Shown here: piece by piece, positions 26,717 to 37,483 of the stretch
Layout of the letters: each line of letters starts with the position of its first letter
How positions within the stretch are numbered: position 1 is the stretch's first letter
NCBI GenBank assembly: GCA_045591015.1
Contig: JAZNSC010000008.1
Coordinates: 28,546-92,545 of the forward strand
Source of the DNA: Congzhengia sp.
GTDB taxonomy: Bacteria; Bacillota; Clostridia; UBA1381; UBA9506
Direction of reading: 5' to 3'
DNA length: 64,000 nucleotides
Notes under the pieces: model-generated
What the model was told of the DNA's origin: nothing
Databases searched by the model: none
What the model saw: only the letters and a program-made list of their open reading frames with translations
Translations under genes and position numbers: made by a program

Positions 26717-28786
26717 ATGGCGAACAATCTTGTTATAGTTGAGTCACCTGCCAAAGCAAAAACCATCAAACAGTATCTCGGAAAATCATATAACGTAATT
26801 GCATCTATGGGACATGTAAGAGACCTTCCCAAGAGCCAGTTGGGTATAGATGTAAAGAATGGTTTTGAACCCAAATACATCACAATAAGGGGCAAAGGCG
26901 ACCTTCTTTCCAAACTGAAGAAAGACTCAAAAACAGTCAAAAAAGTATATCTCGCAACTGACCCTGACCGTGAAGGTGAGGCAATTTCTTGGCATTTGGC
27001 ACAGCTTTTAGACATCGACGAAAGCTCAAAGTGTCGAATTACATTTAACGAAATCACAAAAAATGCAGTAACTCAGGCGATAAAAGAGCCTCGTCCCATT
27101 GACATAGACCTTGTAAACGCACAGCAGGCAAGACGAGTTTTGGACCGAATTGTAGGTTACAAAATCAGTCCTATACTTTGGCGCAAGGTAAAAAAAGGCT
27201 TGAGCGCAGGTCGTGTTCAGTCTGTTGCAACCAGAATGATAGTTGACAGAGAGCGTGAAATCGAAGGCTTTAATCCTGAAGAATACTGGACAGTTGGTGC
27301 AGAGCTTAAAAATTCTCAAGGGGAAAAATTCGTTGCCACATTAGTATCAAAAGGCGGCAAAAAAATAAAACCCTCATCAGAAACTGCAGTAGAAAAAATT
27401 GCTGAGGACTTAAAGGGCAAAGACTACATCGTAGAAGATGTAAAAACAGGCGAAAAGAAGAGAAATCCCGCGCCTCCCTTTACCACAAGTACACTCCAGC
27501 AGGAAGCATCAAGAAAGCTTAATTTCACAGTAAAAAAGACAATGATTGCAGCGCAGAAGCTCTACGAAGGTGTAGCTGTTGCAGGACACGGCACAGTAGG
27601 TCTTATCACCTATATGAGAACAGACTCACTGCGTATATCTGCTGATGCCTTGAGCGATGCCAGACGCTTAATCGGTGAAAAATACGGCGAAGGCCTGCTT
27701 CCCGAAAAGCCTAACGTATATAAAACAAAAAACAGCGCACAGGACGCCCACGAAGCTATTCGTCCCACATACGTATCAATTACACCTGCAGAAATCAAAG
27801 ACCAGGTGCCCGCTGATATGTACAAGACCTATAAGCTTATTTGGGAGAGATTTGTAGCTTCACAGATGAAAGCAGCAATCTACGAAACAACAACAGTGGA
27901 TATAAAAGCAGGGGACTACGGTTTCCGCGAAACAGGTTCAAAGCTTGTATATAAAGGCTATATGACCGTATACGTTGAGGGCAGAGACGACGGCGCAACA
28001 GAAAAAGATAACATTCTGCCAAAAATGTCAAAGAATGAAAAATTAGAATTCATAAGCTTTAAGAACGAGCAGCATTTTACACAGCCCCCTCTTCGCTATA
28101 CAGAAGCAACATTGATTAAAGCAATGGAAGAAAAGGGTATAGGACGTCCCAGTACCTATGCTCCTACAATTACGACAATTATGGCAAGAGGCTATGTAGG
28201 TCGTGACAAAAAGCAGCTTGTTCCCACAGAGCTTGGCACAGTTGTAACAGATATTTTAACAGAGCATTTCCCCAATATTGCAGGTACAGAATTTACCGCT
28301 GCTATGGAAGAAAGATTAGATAAAATCGAAAGCGGAGATGTTGATTGGGTTGAGATTTTGTCTGATTTTTACGGACCCTTTGAAGATAGTCTCAAAAAAG
28401 CGGACACAGCAATCGGCAAGGTAAAAATTGCTGATGAGGAATCAGATATAATCTGCGAAAAATGCGGTCGCAAGATGGTTTTCAAAATGGGTAGATTTGG
28501 AAAATTCCTGGCTTGTCCCGGCTTTCCTGAATGCAGAAACGCAAAGCCTATCGTTGTGGAAACAGGCGTAGATTGTCCCAAATGCGGCAAAAAAATCTTA
28601 GAGAAAAAATCCAAAACAGGCAAAACCTACTATGGTTGCGAAGATAATCCCAAGTGTGATTTTATGATTTGGGATGCACCTGTAAAAGGCGAAAAATGCC
28701 CCCAGTGCGGCAGTATTTTAGTTAAGAAAAAAGGCAAACGTTCAGGAACATTTTGCGTAAATGCTGAATGTGGTTACAAAAAATAA
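26717..28786 (+). CDS. topA: DNA topoisomerase I
   Basis: Toprim 'LVIVESPAKAKTI', 'DPDREGE', active-site Tyr region 'ITYMRTDS', and three C-terminal CxxC...CxxC zinc ribbons. Confidence 0.95.
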   Translation: MANNLVIVESPAKAKTIKQYLGKSYNVIASMGHVRDLPKSQLGIDVKNGFEPKYITIRGKGDLLSKLKKDSKTVKKVYLATDPDREGEAISWHLAQLLDIDESSKCRITFNEITKNAVTQAIKEPRPIDIDLVNAQQARRVLDRIVGYKISPILWRKVKKGLSAGRVQSVATRMIVDREREIEGFNPEEYWTVGAELKNSQGEKFVATLVSKGGKKIKPSSETAVEKIAEDLKGKDYIVEDVKTGEKKRNPAPPFTTSTLQQEASRKLNFTVKKTMIAAQKLYEGVAVAGHGTVGLITYMRTDSLRISADALSDARRLIGEKYGEGLLPEKPNVYKTKNSAQDAHEAIRPTYVSITPAEIKDQVPADMYKTYKLIWERFVASQMKAAIYETTTVDIKAGDYGFRETGSKLVYKGYMTVYVEGRDDGATEKDNILPKMSKNEKLEFISFKNEQHFTQPPLRYTEATLIKAMEEKGIGRPSTYAPTITTIMARGYVGRDKKQLVPTELGTVVTDILTEHFPNIAGTEFTAAMEERLDKIESGDVDWVEILSDFYGPFEDSLKKADTAIGKVKIADEESDIICEKCGRKMVFKMGRFGKFLACPGFPECRNAKPIVVETGVDCPKCGKKILEKKSKTGKTYYGCEDNPKCDFMIWDAPVKGEKCPQCGSILVKKKGKRSGTFCVNAECGYKK

Positions 28787-28804
28787 ACAAAAAGAGGTGA
28801 GGTT

Positions 28805-29842
28805 ATGTCAGCTCTAGTGGAAAAATTAAAAAAGACCGGTAACCTTACAGATATTGAATTAAAAGAGCTTATAGAAACAGACCTCTATGATGAGGAGTTA
28901 AGGGCGTCAGCAGACGAAGTCAGAAGAGAGCATTACAAAAATACGGTATATATAAGAGGACTCATTGAGTTTTCAAATTACTGCAGATGCAATTGCCTTT
29001 ACTGCGGCATACGTCGTGATAATAAAAACGCCAAGCGCTACCGCTTGACAAAGGAAGAGATTTTATCTTGCTGTCAGGAGGGTTACAGACTCGGCTTTCG
29101 CACCTTTGTGCTTCAAGGTGGTGAGGACCCTCACTTTACAGATGATGTAATGTGTGATATTGTTGCATCTATCAAGAGTGAGTACCCTGATTGTGCGGTG
29201 ACACTCTCGTTAGGAGAGCGCACAAAGGAAAGCTATATGCGCCTAAAGAATGCAGGTGCAGACAGATACTTGCTTCGTCACGAAACGGCGGCGGAGGAGC
29301 ATTTTAAGAAGCTTCACCCCGAAGAAAACAGCTTACAAAATCGAAAGCAATGCCTTTTTGATTTAAAAGAGCTTGGTTTTCAGGTAGGTTCAGGCTTTAT
29401 GGTAGGCTCTCCCTACCAGACAACAGAAAACCTGATTTCAGACTTAAGATTCCTACAAGAACTAAAACCCGATATGATAGGCATAGGACCGTTTATCTCC
29501 CATTGTGATACACCCTTTGCAAAGGAAAAAAATGGTGGTTTTGCGCTTACCTTACGAATGCTTGCAATATTAAGACTTATGTTTCCAAAGAGCTTGATTC
29601 CTGCAACCACTGCATTAGGTACAATTTCTGCGGGTGGTAGAGAATTGGGAATTATTGGCGGCGCAAATGTAATTATGCCTAATTTATCGCCCGACGCTGT
29701 GAGAAAAAAATACCTTCTTTATGACAACAAGCTCTCATCAGGATTAGAGGCGGCAGAAGAAATCGAAAAACTTAAAGAACAAATCAAATCTATAGGTTAT
29801 GAGATAGTTACAGATATAGGACACGCAAAAACCATAGAATAG
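28805..29842 (+). CDS. hydE: [FeFe]-hydrogenase maturase HydE (radical SAM)
   Basis: Radical SAM motif 'CRCNCLYCGIR' and biotin-synthase-like fold. The overall pattern 'IRGLIEFSNYC' and length (345 aa) are typical of HydE. Confidence 0.75.
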   Translation: MSALVEKLKKTGNLTDIELKELIETDLYDEELRASADEVRREHYKNTVYIRGLIEFSNYCRCNCLYCGIRRDNKNAKRYRLTKEEILSCCQEGYRLGFRTFVLQGGEDPHFTDDVMCDIVASIKSEYPDCAVTLSLGERTKESYMRLKNAGADRYLLRHETAAEEHFKKLHPEENSLQNRKQCLFDLKELGFQVGSGFMVGSPYQTTENLISDLRFLQELKPDMIGIGPFISHCDTPFAKEKNGGFALTLRMLAILRLMFPKSLIPATTALGTISAGGRELGIIGGANVIMPNLSPDAVRKKYLLYDNKLSSGLEAAEEIEKLKEQIKSIGYEIVTDIGHAKTIE

Positions 29843-29851
29843 GAGAAAAAT

Positions 29852-30715
29852 ATGAAAAAAGCAGTAGTGTTGTTTTTGATATTTAATTTAATAATGACCC
29901 TTTGTGCTTGCGGTATCAAAAAAGAGGAATCTGTTACAGTAAAAGATGCAGACCTCTACAGCGAATACAAAATAGACCAGACTGCCATTTCAGAAAAAGA
30001 CGATTTTTCGAAAGACGGTGTAGTAGTAGCTGTTGGAGATATAACCTATGAAGACGTTGTTACAAAAATAAATTTAAATATAGAAAACAATCGAGAAGAA
30101 AAAATCACAGTAATAGCCACAGAATTATCAGTCAACGGACTTATGTGTAATGACTCGCTGATGGTTTCTATGGAGCCCTCAAGCAAAAGCGACAACTTCA
30201 TAGAAATAAGCAATCAGTGGTTTGGCGAAATGAATATCGAAACTATTTCAGATATAGAGTTCGTGATAAAAGCCTTTAATGAAAAAGACGAAGAAATATT
30301 AAAATCAGACACATTAAAAATCAAGACCGACGCTTCCTGGACATACAAACAAGAATATGACGAGGGCGGGCACATTATTTACAAAGATAATGACATAACA
30401 TTATCTGCCCGCGAAGTGAAAAAAAGCAAACTTTCAGAAGATTATGAACTTGTGTTTTTTGCTGAAAATAACACAAAAGGCCCGATTTCAATAATGTCAG
30501 AGGAAGTGTCAGTAAACGGAAAAGCAATAGAACCACTTTTTGTTATGACAATAGGTGCAGGCAAAAAATGTGTGGATTCTATGCTCTTTTACAAAGCAGA
30601 TTTAGATGAGTTAGAAATAAAAGAAATCAAAAAAGTAAAAGCAAGCTTCAAAGCCTTTGACGGAAATTTAAAAACCGTTTTTGAGATTAAAGGTGTGGAA
30701 GTTCCCATAAAATAA
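29852..30715 (+). CDS. lipoprotein with an internally duplicated ~120-aa domain, unknown function
   Basis: Signal peptide with lipobox-like 'LCAC'. Two similar modules: 'ITVIATELSVNGLMCND...' and 'ISIMSEEVSVNGKAIEP...'. Confidence 0.7.
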   Translation: MKKAVVLFLIFNLIMTLCACGIKKEESVTVKDADLYSEYKIDQTAISEKDDFSKDGVVVAVGDITYEDVVTKINLNIENNREEKITVIATELSVNGLMCNDSLMVSMEPSSKSDNFIEISNQWFGEMNIETISDIEFVIKAFNEKDEEILKSDTLKIKTDASWTYKQEYDEGGHIIYKDNDITLSAREVKKSKLSEDYELVFFAENNTKGPISIMSEEVSVNGKAIEPLFVMTIGAGKKCVDSMLFYKADLDELEIKEIKKVKASFKAFDGNLKTVFEIKGVEVPIK

Positions 30716-30771
30716 CATAATGTTTTCTGCCTTTGCATAAGGTTAATTAGTACCTGTGCGGAGGTGAGAAA

Positions 30772-32247
30772 TTGAAAAAACAATTTATAAAAAATGCAGC
30801 AATTCTCACCGCGGTATCGCTATTTATGCGAGCGGTGAGTTTTTCTTTTAATGTATATATTGCAAACAGAATAGGCTCATCGGGAATGGGACTGTTTGCT
30901 TTAATTATGTCTGTGTATAATTTTGGTGTCACTTTTGCTGCTTCCGGTATAAACCTTGCATCGACCAAGGTCATATCAGAAGAAATCGCACAAGGAATGA
31001 GCAAATCCGCAGCCACAAAAAAATGCGTGCAGTACGCTTTGTTTTTTGGGGTTTTGGCTGCGGCTTTTATATATTTTACAGCACCCTTTTTTGGCAGAAA
31101 TATTGTAAATGACGAAAGAGTAGAGCTTCCGCTTAAGATACTGTCATTATCACTTCCTTGTGTTGCTGTGTCCTTTAGTCTGAATGGTTACTTTACAGCC
31201 ACAGGTAAAATATACAAAGCCTCATTGGTGCAAATCACAGAACAAATAATAAAAATTTTCGGTGCTGTGATATTCCTTGATTTACTAAATGGGAGAAACG
31301 CCCAAAATGCCTGTGTGTCGTTAGTCTTAAGCGGAACGGTAGCAGAGGTTGCATCGTGCTTGATTTTGGTGCTGGTGTACTTTTTTGATGTGAAAAAAGA
31401 AAGGAAAAAAGCATCTTCTGACTTAACCTCCAGAGTTCTGCGCTACGGACTTCCCGTTGCGGTGAGCAGTTATCTTCGCTCGGCACTTTCCACAACGGAG
31501 CACACCCTGATTCCAAAGGCGCTGGAGAAATTTTGCGGAGCTAAAGAAGTGGCGCTTTCTGCCTACGGCGTAGTACACGGTATGGTAATGCCGATGATTT
31601 TTTTGCCCTCGGGCGTTGTGGCATCTGTTGCAACACTGCTTGTTCCTGAAATCACAAAACTCAACAAAACAGGAAACCACAGAAAAATTGATAACATCAT
31701 CGAGCGGACGCTTTCTTTAACTTTGACATTTTCCGTGGGTGCGGCGGGCATTCTTTACTTTTTTGCAGATGAAATAGGAATGCTTTTTTATAAAAGCACG
31801 GAAGCGGCACATTTTTTGAAACTCATTGCACCGTTAGCGGCGGTAATGTATGCAGACGGCGTAGTGGACGCAGTGCTCAAAGGACTAAACCAAGAAATCC
31901 ACGCTATGCGCTATGATATTGTGCTGTCGGTTGTGTCAATCGGGCTGATAAGCACGCTTATTCCACTAAAGGGCGTCGTAGGGTATGTTGCAATAATTTA
32001 CATATCGGAGATGATAAACGCCTACCTCAGCATCAACAGACTAATGGAAGTGTCAAATTTTGAAATAAAGCCGTTTTTGTGGATGATTTGCCCTGCTGTG
32101 GTGGTGCTGATTTCCTGTGCCGTTGTAAAAAATATTCTCCAAAACCCTGTGATGAGTATCGTCAGTTCAGTGGTAATTTATGCCCTTTTTATGTTTGTAA
32201 TCAGGAGAAATCTGCCTTTACAAAAGAGGGGTGTTGTGATAAAATAA
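30772..32247 (+). CDS. spoVB: MOP-superfamily flippase, stage V sporulation protein B-like
   Basis: TTG start after GGAGGTGA. Many (about a dozen) hydrophobic segments. N-terminus 'FIKNAAILTAVSLFMRAVSFSFNVYIANRIGSSGMGLFALIMSVY' is typical of SpoVB/MurJ-like proteins. Confidence 0.7.
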   Translation: MKKQFIKNAAILTAVSLFMRAVSFSFNVYIANRIGSSGMGLFALIMSVYNFGVTFAASGINLASTKVISEEIAQGMSKSAATKKCVQYALFFGVLAAAFIYFTAPFFGRNIVNDERVELPLKILSLSLPCVAVSFSLNGYFTATGKIYKASLVQITEQIIKIFGAVIFLDLLNGRNAQNACVSLVLSGTVAEVASCLILVLVYFFDVKKERKKASSDLTSRVLRYGLPVAVSSYLRSALSTTEHTLIPKALEKFCGAKEVALSAYGVVHGMVMPMIFLPSGVVASVATLLVPEITKLNKTGNHRKIDNIIERTLSLTLTFSVGAAGILYFFADEIGMLFYKSTEAAHFLKLIAPLAAVMYADGVVDAVLKGLNQEIHAMRYDIVLSVVSIGLISTLIPLKGVVGYVAIIYISEMINAYLSINRLMEVSNFEIKPFLWMICPAVVVLISCAVVKNILQNPVMSIVSSVVIYALFMFVIRRNLPLQKRGVVIK

Positions 32248-32278
32248 ATATATCATAAAAAAACGAGGAGAGATACCT

Positions 32279-35200
32279 ATGGCAACAAAGTGGACAGCAG
32301 AACAAACAAGCGCAATAACATCAAAAAATCAAAATTTGCTTCTTTCTGCAGCTGCAGGAAGCGGTAAAACTGCTGTGCTTGTTGAGAGGATTATTTCTCG
32401 TATCACAGATGCGGACAACCCTATGGACGCAGACAGACTGTTGGTAGTTACTTTTACCAATGCTGCAGCCAATGAAATGCGCGAAAGAATTATCGCGGCC
32501 TTAGAACGTAAAATTTCAGAAAACCCACAGGACGCGCACCTTTTACGACAGTTGACACTTGTAAAAAAAGCGCAGATTACAACTATTGACTCTTTTTGTA
32601 TTGACGTGCTTCATAAATATTTCGTAGAGGCAAATCTTTCTCCCGATTTTGGCATAGCAGACCCTACAGAATGCAAAGTAATGCTGGAAGAAGCTCTTGA
32701 TAACGTAATAAATAAAATGTATGACGATGTGGAGTTTGGTGCTGATTTCCTTGAACTTATTGAATCCTACACCAATTCCAAGGCAAACGACGTAAATTTC
32801 AGAGAACTCCTGATTTCTATATATTATTTTTCACAGAGTTTACCGTACCCTGATGTATGGCTTGATGATGCAGGCGAAAAATTCAATATATCGGGAAAAT
32901 TTTCCGAAAACAGCTATAAAGATATCATCATAGAAGAAGCCCACAGCGAGATAAAGCGCATAATTTCCGAATACGGCATAATGCTTGAACTTGCAGCAAA
33001 GGACATGCTTGATGACTTTTTGGGGATTTTAACTATTGAGCAGAATTTCTTCGCAGAGTGCCTCAAAATTTCCGATTACGACGAATTAAAAAAACGCATA
33101 GATGATTTTGTATTTGAGAGAAAAAGACGTGTACCCAAAGATATGACGCCCATATATGTTGACGATATAAATGAAATGCGCGACAAAGTCAGATACAGAC
33201 GTATGGGTAAACTCAGGGAAAAACTCTTGAATTTAACCTCACAACAACAGGAAAACGCCATCAAAAAAATGCATCCGCTTATGGTGTGTCTGTCAGAAAC
33301 GGTAAAAAGACTCTCGCAAGAATTTACCGAAATGAAGTCCAAAAAGAACATTTTGGACTTTTCTGATTGCGAGCATTATTGCCTTAACATTTTGACCAAG
33401 GACGGCAAAAATACAGAAATCGCAGAGCTTTTGAAGAATAGCTTCGACGAGATATACATCGACGAATATCAGGACACATCGAAGCTGCAAGAGGCGATAT
33501 TTTCTGCCATAAAATCCCAAAACAATCTCTTTATGGTTGGCGATATCAAGCAGAGTATATATCGTTTCAGAAACACCGACCCTCTGCTTTTTAAAACAAA
33601 AAGAGAGAACTTTTCAAAGGACGAAACAGCAGAGGACCGCAAAATTATTCTTTCAAAAAATTTTAGAAGCCGAGAAAATATTTTAGACTGTGTAAACTGT
33701 ATTTTTGAGAGAATAATGTCGGCAGAAGCAGGGGAGATAGACTACAACGAGGACGAAAAACTCTACCTTGGCGCAGACTACCCAGACGATGCCCTAAACC
33801 CCATAGACACCGAAACAGAAATCGCAATTATCGATACAAAATCCATCGAAGAAGAAAACGACGATTTTGAAAAAATTGAATTAGAAGCCATATACTGCGC
33901 AAAAAGAATTGCAGAACTTGTGGAAAGCGGAGTTATGGTTTTTGACAAGGGCGAATACAGAAAAATCACCTACAGTGATATTTGTATAATTTCAAGAAAT
34001 GTCAAAGACAACGCTATAATCCTAAACTCTGTTTTTGCAGAGTTTGGTATTCCATGCTTTGCAGAAAGCACAGGCGGTTACTTTGAGAGCCGTGAGGTTG
34101 AGATTATACTCTCACTGCTTTCGGTTATCGACAATCCCTATCAGGATTTGCCGTTACTTTCTGTTTTGCGTTCGATTATATTTAACGTAAGTTCGGACGA
34201 ACTGGCAAAAATAAGATGCTATGACAGACGAAAGACTTTCTACGATGCGGTAAAAGCATGTGCCCTAACCGACACCCCCGAGGGCAAGACAAGCCGTGAA
34301 ATAGTGGAAATAATAGAAGACCTCTGCGAAAAATCACGCAGAATGAGTGTCAGCGAACTGGTGCTTGAAATTTACAACACCACTGGCTTTTACGATGCAC
34401 AGCAAACAATGACAAACGGCACCATAAGACGTGCGAACCTGCGTCTTTTATACAACCGTGCAAAAGCCTACGAGAGCACAGGCTTGCGAGGCCTTTATAG
34501 CTTCATAAAATTCATCAATGATTACAAAAACACAGGCAACGATTTAGAAGCCGCAAAACAGATAAGCGAATACAACGATGCGGTCCGTATTATGAGTATA
34601 CATAAGAGCAAGGGCTTGGAGTTCCCGGTTGTTATACTTTTTGCGGCAGAGCATAAGTTTAATTTACAAGATTTGCACAGAAGCGTGCTTTATCACTCGG
34701 AGCAAGGCTACGGCCCGAAATTTGTAGATACAGATTTGCGCATTACATATACCTTTGCGCCGAGAGCAGCATTAGAGAGTGCTTTGTACCAAGAGAGTGT
34801 AGCCGAAGAAATGCGAATTCTTTATGTGGCATTAACTCGTGCCAAGGAAAAACTCATTATAATCGGTGCCGATAAAGATATAAAGAAAAAGGTGCGAAAC
34901 TGCCTGTCAGGTGAAATAGGCTACAGAATAGGCGGCTCTGTTGTGTCGGAGCATACCTCTTACCTTGACTGGATTATTATGGCGCTTGTGGATCACGAAA
35001 GTTGCGGCGAGCCACTGAGAAAGTATGTAGAAGCCGACAGAAGTATGCACTTATACGACCACAACAGTAAATTCAACATCAACGTCATATCTTCCGTGGA
35101 GGAACTCTACCTTGCGCGGGAAGAGGAATGCACTGAAAAAGCTAAGGAAAAGAGCTTTGATGATATACTGTCGTTCTTCGATTTTGAGTATGCAAATATT

Positions 35201-35836
35201 GACGATACCAAACTACCATCTAAAGTGACAGTATCAGAACTAAAAAAACGAAAAGAAGATCAAAGATTAGAAGATGGAGTAGAGATTTTCAAAAAGCCTG
35301 TTAAGGTAACAGAAAAAACCTCGGGCCTGTCATCTGCAGAAATCGGCATTGCCTATCATACGGTTTTACAAAGATACGATTTAGCGACACCTCCCGAAAC
35401 CAAAGAGGACGTAAAGGCGCAGATTGATATCATAAGAGAAAAAGGCTTTTTGACAGAAGAAGAGGCAGGAGTAATAAACCCTGAAAAAATCCTCAAATTC
35501 TTCAAATCGGGAACGGGCAGAATGATGCTTTCTGCTAAAGAAGTAAAAAGAGAAGTGATGTTTTGTGTATCAATAATCGCTAAGAACTTCATCACTACCA
35601 CAAACAGTGAAAAGGAAATCATGCTCCAGGGCGTAATAGATTGCCTGCTTATAACAGACGAGGGACTAGTGATAATCGACTACAAAACAGACCGAAACTT
35701 CGACGCAGAAGACACAGTGGAAAAATACAGAATCCAACTTGACTGCTACCAGTATGCAGCAGAAAAAATATTCCAAAAACCAGTAATATCAAGAATCTTA
35801 TTTATGCTTGATACGGGCATGGGAATGACTTTATAA
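32279..35836 (+). CDS. addA: helicase-exonuclease AddAB subunit AddA (UvrD-like helicase + PD-(D/E)xK nuclease)
   Basis: 'WTAEQ..AI', Walker A 'AAAGSGKT', 'IDEYQDTS', and C-terminal nuclease 'QGVIDCLL...LVIIDYKTD'. Confidence 0.9.
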   Translation: MATKWTAEQTSAITSKNQNLLLSAAAGSGKTAVLVERIISRITDADNPMDADRLLVVTFTNAAANEMRERIIAALERKISENPQDAHLLRQLTLVKKAQITTIDSFCIDVLHKYFVEANLSPDFGIADPTECKVMLEEALDNVINKMYDDVEFGADFLELIESYTNSKANDVNFRELLISIYYFSQSLPYPDVWLDDAGEKFNISGKFSENSYKDIIIEEAHSEIKRIISEYGIMLELAAKDMLDDFLGILTIEQNFFAECLKISDYDELKKRIDDFVFERKRRVPKDMTPIYVDDINEMRDKVRYRRMGKLREKLLNLTSQQQENAIKKMHPLMVCLSETVKRLSQEFTEMKSKKNILDFSDCEHYCLNILTKDGKNTEIAELLKNSFDEIYIDEYQDTSKLQEAIFSAIKSQNNLFMVGDIKQSIYRFRNTDPLLFKTKRENFSKDETAEDRKIILSKNFRSRENILDCVNCIFERIMSAEAGEIDYNEDEKLYLGADYPDDALNPIDTETEIAIIDTKSIEEENDDFEKIELEAIYCAKRIAELVESGVMVFDKGEYRKITYSDICIISRNVKDNAIILNSVFAEFGIPCFAESTGGYFESREVEIILSLLSVIDNPYQDLPLLSVLRSIIFNVSSDELAKIRCYDRRKTFYDAVKACALTDTPEGKTSREIVEIIEDLCEKSRRMSVSELVLEIYNTTGFYDAQQTMTNGTIRRANLRLLYNRAKAYESTGLRGLYSFIKFINDYKNTGNDLEAAKQISEYNDAVRIMSIHKSKGLEFPVVILFAAEHKFNLQDLHRSVLYHSEQGYGPKFVDTDLRITYTFAPRAALESALYQESVAEEMRILYVALTRAKEKLIIIGADKDIKKKVRNCLSGEIGYRIGGSVVSEHTSYLDWIIMALVDHESCGEPLRKYVEADRSMHLYDHNSKFNINVISSVEELYLAREEECTEKAKEKSFDDILSFFDFEYANIDDTKLPSKVTVSELKKRKEDQRLEDGVEIFKKPVKVTEKTSGLSSAEIGIAYHTVLQRYDLATPPETKEDVKAQIDIIREKGFLTEEEAGVINPEKILKFFKSGTGRMMLSAKEVKREVMFCVSIIAKNFITTTNSEKEIMLQGVIDCLLITDEGLVIIDYKTDRNFDAEDTVEKYRIQLDCYQYAAEKIFQKPVISRILFMLDTGMGMTL

Positions 35837-35860
35837 TGAATTGTACGGAGGTAAAAAATT

Positions 35861-36670
35861 ATGAACGCAGAAAAAATTTTAGACTTTTTAGTTGAACTTG
35901 GTATGTCCTTGGGGGCAAAACTCATTTTTGCAATACTCATTTTTATCGTTGGACATGCTATCGTTAAGTTTGTGAAAAAAAGAATACTTTTGTCTAAAAA
36001 ATTCGACAAAATTGACCGTGGAGTACAATCCTTTCTATCAAGTTTTATAGTAATTATACTTTACATTGTGATATTTATTACAATTGCAATGATTTTGGGA
36101 ATTCCCACCACATCATTTATCACAGCACTTGCTTCTTGCGGTGTTGCTATAGGCCTTGCGCTCCAGGGCGCTCTTGGCAATCTGGCAGGCGGAATTATCA
36201 TTCTTATATTTAAACCTTTCAGAGTTGATGATTACATAAGTACACAGGGCGAAGAGGGAAAAGTAACAAAAATCACAATTATGTACACCTGCCTTACAAC
36301 AGTGGACAATAAAAGCATCACAATTCCCAACGGCTCTCTTACGAATGCTGTTATAAAAAATTATTCAGTTGAAAAACTTCGCAGAGTTGATTTTGTGTTC
36401 TCCGCATCTTATGATTGCGATGTAGAAAAGGTTAAATCAGTTATAAGAGATGTTATAGAAGCGCACGAAAAAGTTTTAAAAGAACCTGCCACCTTTGTTC
36501 GCTTGTCGAAGCATGCAGACAGTGCGTTGGAATTTACTGCTCGTGTATGGTGCAATAATGAAGACTATTGGGATGTTAACTTCGACATTATCGAACAGGT
36601 CAAAGAAGCATTCAAGCAAAATGACATCTCTATTCCTTATCCGCAACTTGATGTTCACATCGATAAATAA
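35861..36670 (+). CDS. mscS: small-conductance mechanosensitive channel (MscS family)
   Basis: Three TM helices followed by 'LAGGIIILIFKPFRVDDYI...GKV..I....T.L...DNK.ITIPNG'. Confidence 0.9.
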   Translation: MNAEKILDFLVELGMSLGAKLIFAILIFIVGHAIVKFVKKRILLSKKFDKIDRGVQSFLSSFIVIILYIVIFITIAMILGIPTTSFITALASCGVAIGLALQGALGNLAGGIIILIFKPFRVDDYISTQGEEGKVTKITIMYTCLTTVDNKSITIPNGSLTNAVIKNYSVEKLRRVDFVFSASYDCDVEKVKSVIRDVIEAHEKVLKEPATFVRLSKHADSALEFTARVWCNNEDYWDVNFDIIEQVKEAFKQNDISIPYPQLDVHIDK

Positions 36671-36691
36671 TTTGCAAGGAAGTTTTTTAAA

Positions 36692-37465
36692 ATGATATTA
36701 AATCAAAACAAGGATTACATTAAAATCAAAGAAGACCTTAAAAATTTAGGAATACAAAAAGGCGATGACCTTATGGTTCATTCTGCCTTTAAAGCGCTGG
36801 GTGGAGTAGACGGCGGAATCGAAACTGTTATTTTAGCACTTCTTTCTGTCATTGGAGATAGCGGCACGTTGCTTTTTCCGACATTAAGCTATGCTAATGT
36901 AAATCCGGAGCCACCTGTATCTAATCCTGTTTTTGATGTGATAAATACCCCTGCCTGCGTCGGTGCTATGCCTAATGTTTTTATGAAAATGGACGGCGTA
37001 GAGCGAAGTATTCATCCTACCCATTCCGTTGCGGCCCTCGGCGCAAGACAAACAGAATATATAAAAAATCATCAGGATGACACGGAGCCCGTAGGAAAAA
37101 ATTCGCCATTTTTTAAGCTCGGCAAATTGGGTGGTAAGGTGCTTTTTTTAGGATGCTCCACCAATTCAAACACATCTATGCACGGCGTGGAGGAATATGT
37201 GGGTGTGCCGTACGTCTTAAGTAAAGACACGAGAAGATACACCATTATAGATAAATTCGGCAACAAAACAGAAAAAGATTATCACTACCATTACATACGT
37301 CAAAATGGCTTTGAACAAAGGTACTCAAGACTTGAAAACGTTATGGAGTTTACACGTGGTAATGTTCTTGCGGCACCCTGTGCCGTTGTGGATTGCCGTA
37401 CTATGTGGGAAACGGGCGCAAAAATGATGGGACAGAACCCTTACTATTTTGTGGAAAAAATCTGA
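36692..37465 (+). CDS. AAC(3)-family aminoglycoside N-acetyltransferase-like protein (YokD-like)
   Basis: 'GDDLMVHSAFKALGGVDGGIETVILALLSVIGDSGTLLFPT', 'SIHPTHSVAA', 'LGC...NTSMHGVEE'. Confidence 0.75.
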   Translation: MILNQNKDYIKIKEDLKNLGIQKGDDLMVHSAFKALGGVDGGIETVILALLSVIGDSGTLLFPTLSYANVNPEPPVSNPVFDVINTPACVGAMPNVFMKMDGVERSIHPTHSVAALGARQTEYIKNHQDDTEPVGKNSPFFKLGKLGGKVLFLGCSTNSNTSMHGVEEYVGVPYVLSKDTRRYTIIDKFGNKTEKDYHYHYIRQNGFEQRYSRLENVMEFTRGNVLAAPCAVVDCRTMWETGAKMMGQNPYYFVEKI

Positions 37466-37483
37466 TCACAAGCAGGAGATAAT

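Noticed and set aside
36692-37465. Calling the AAC(3)-like gene an acquired aminoglycoside-resistance determinant
   Set aside because: It is embedded between housekeeping-type genes with no mobile-element signatures, repeats or flanking integrase. It resembles chromosomal YokD-like acetyltransferases. A resistance phenotype cannot be inferred from sequence alone.
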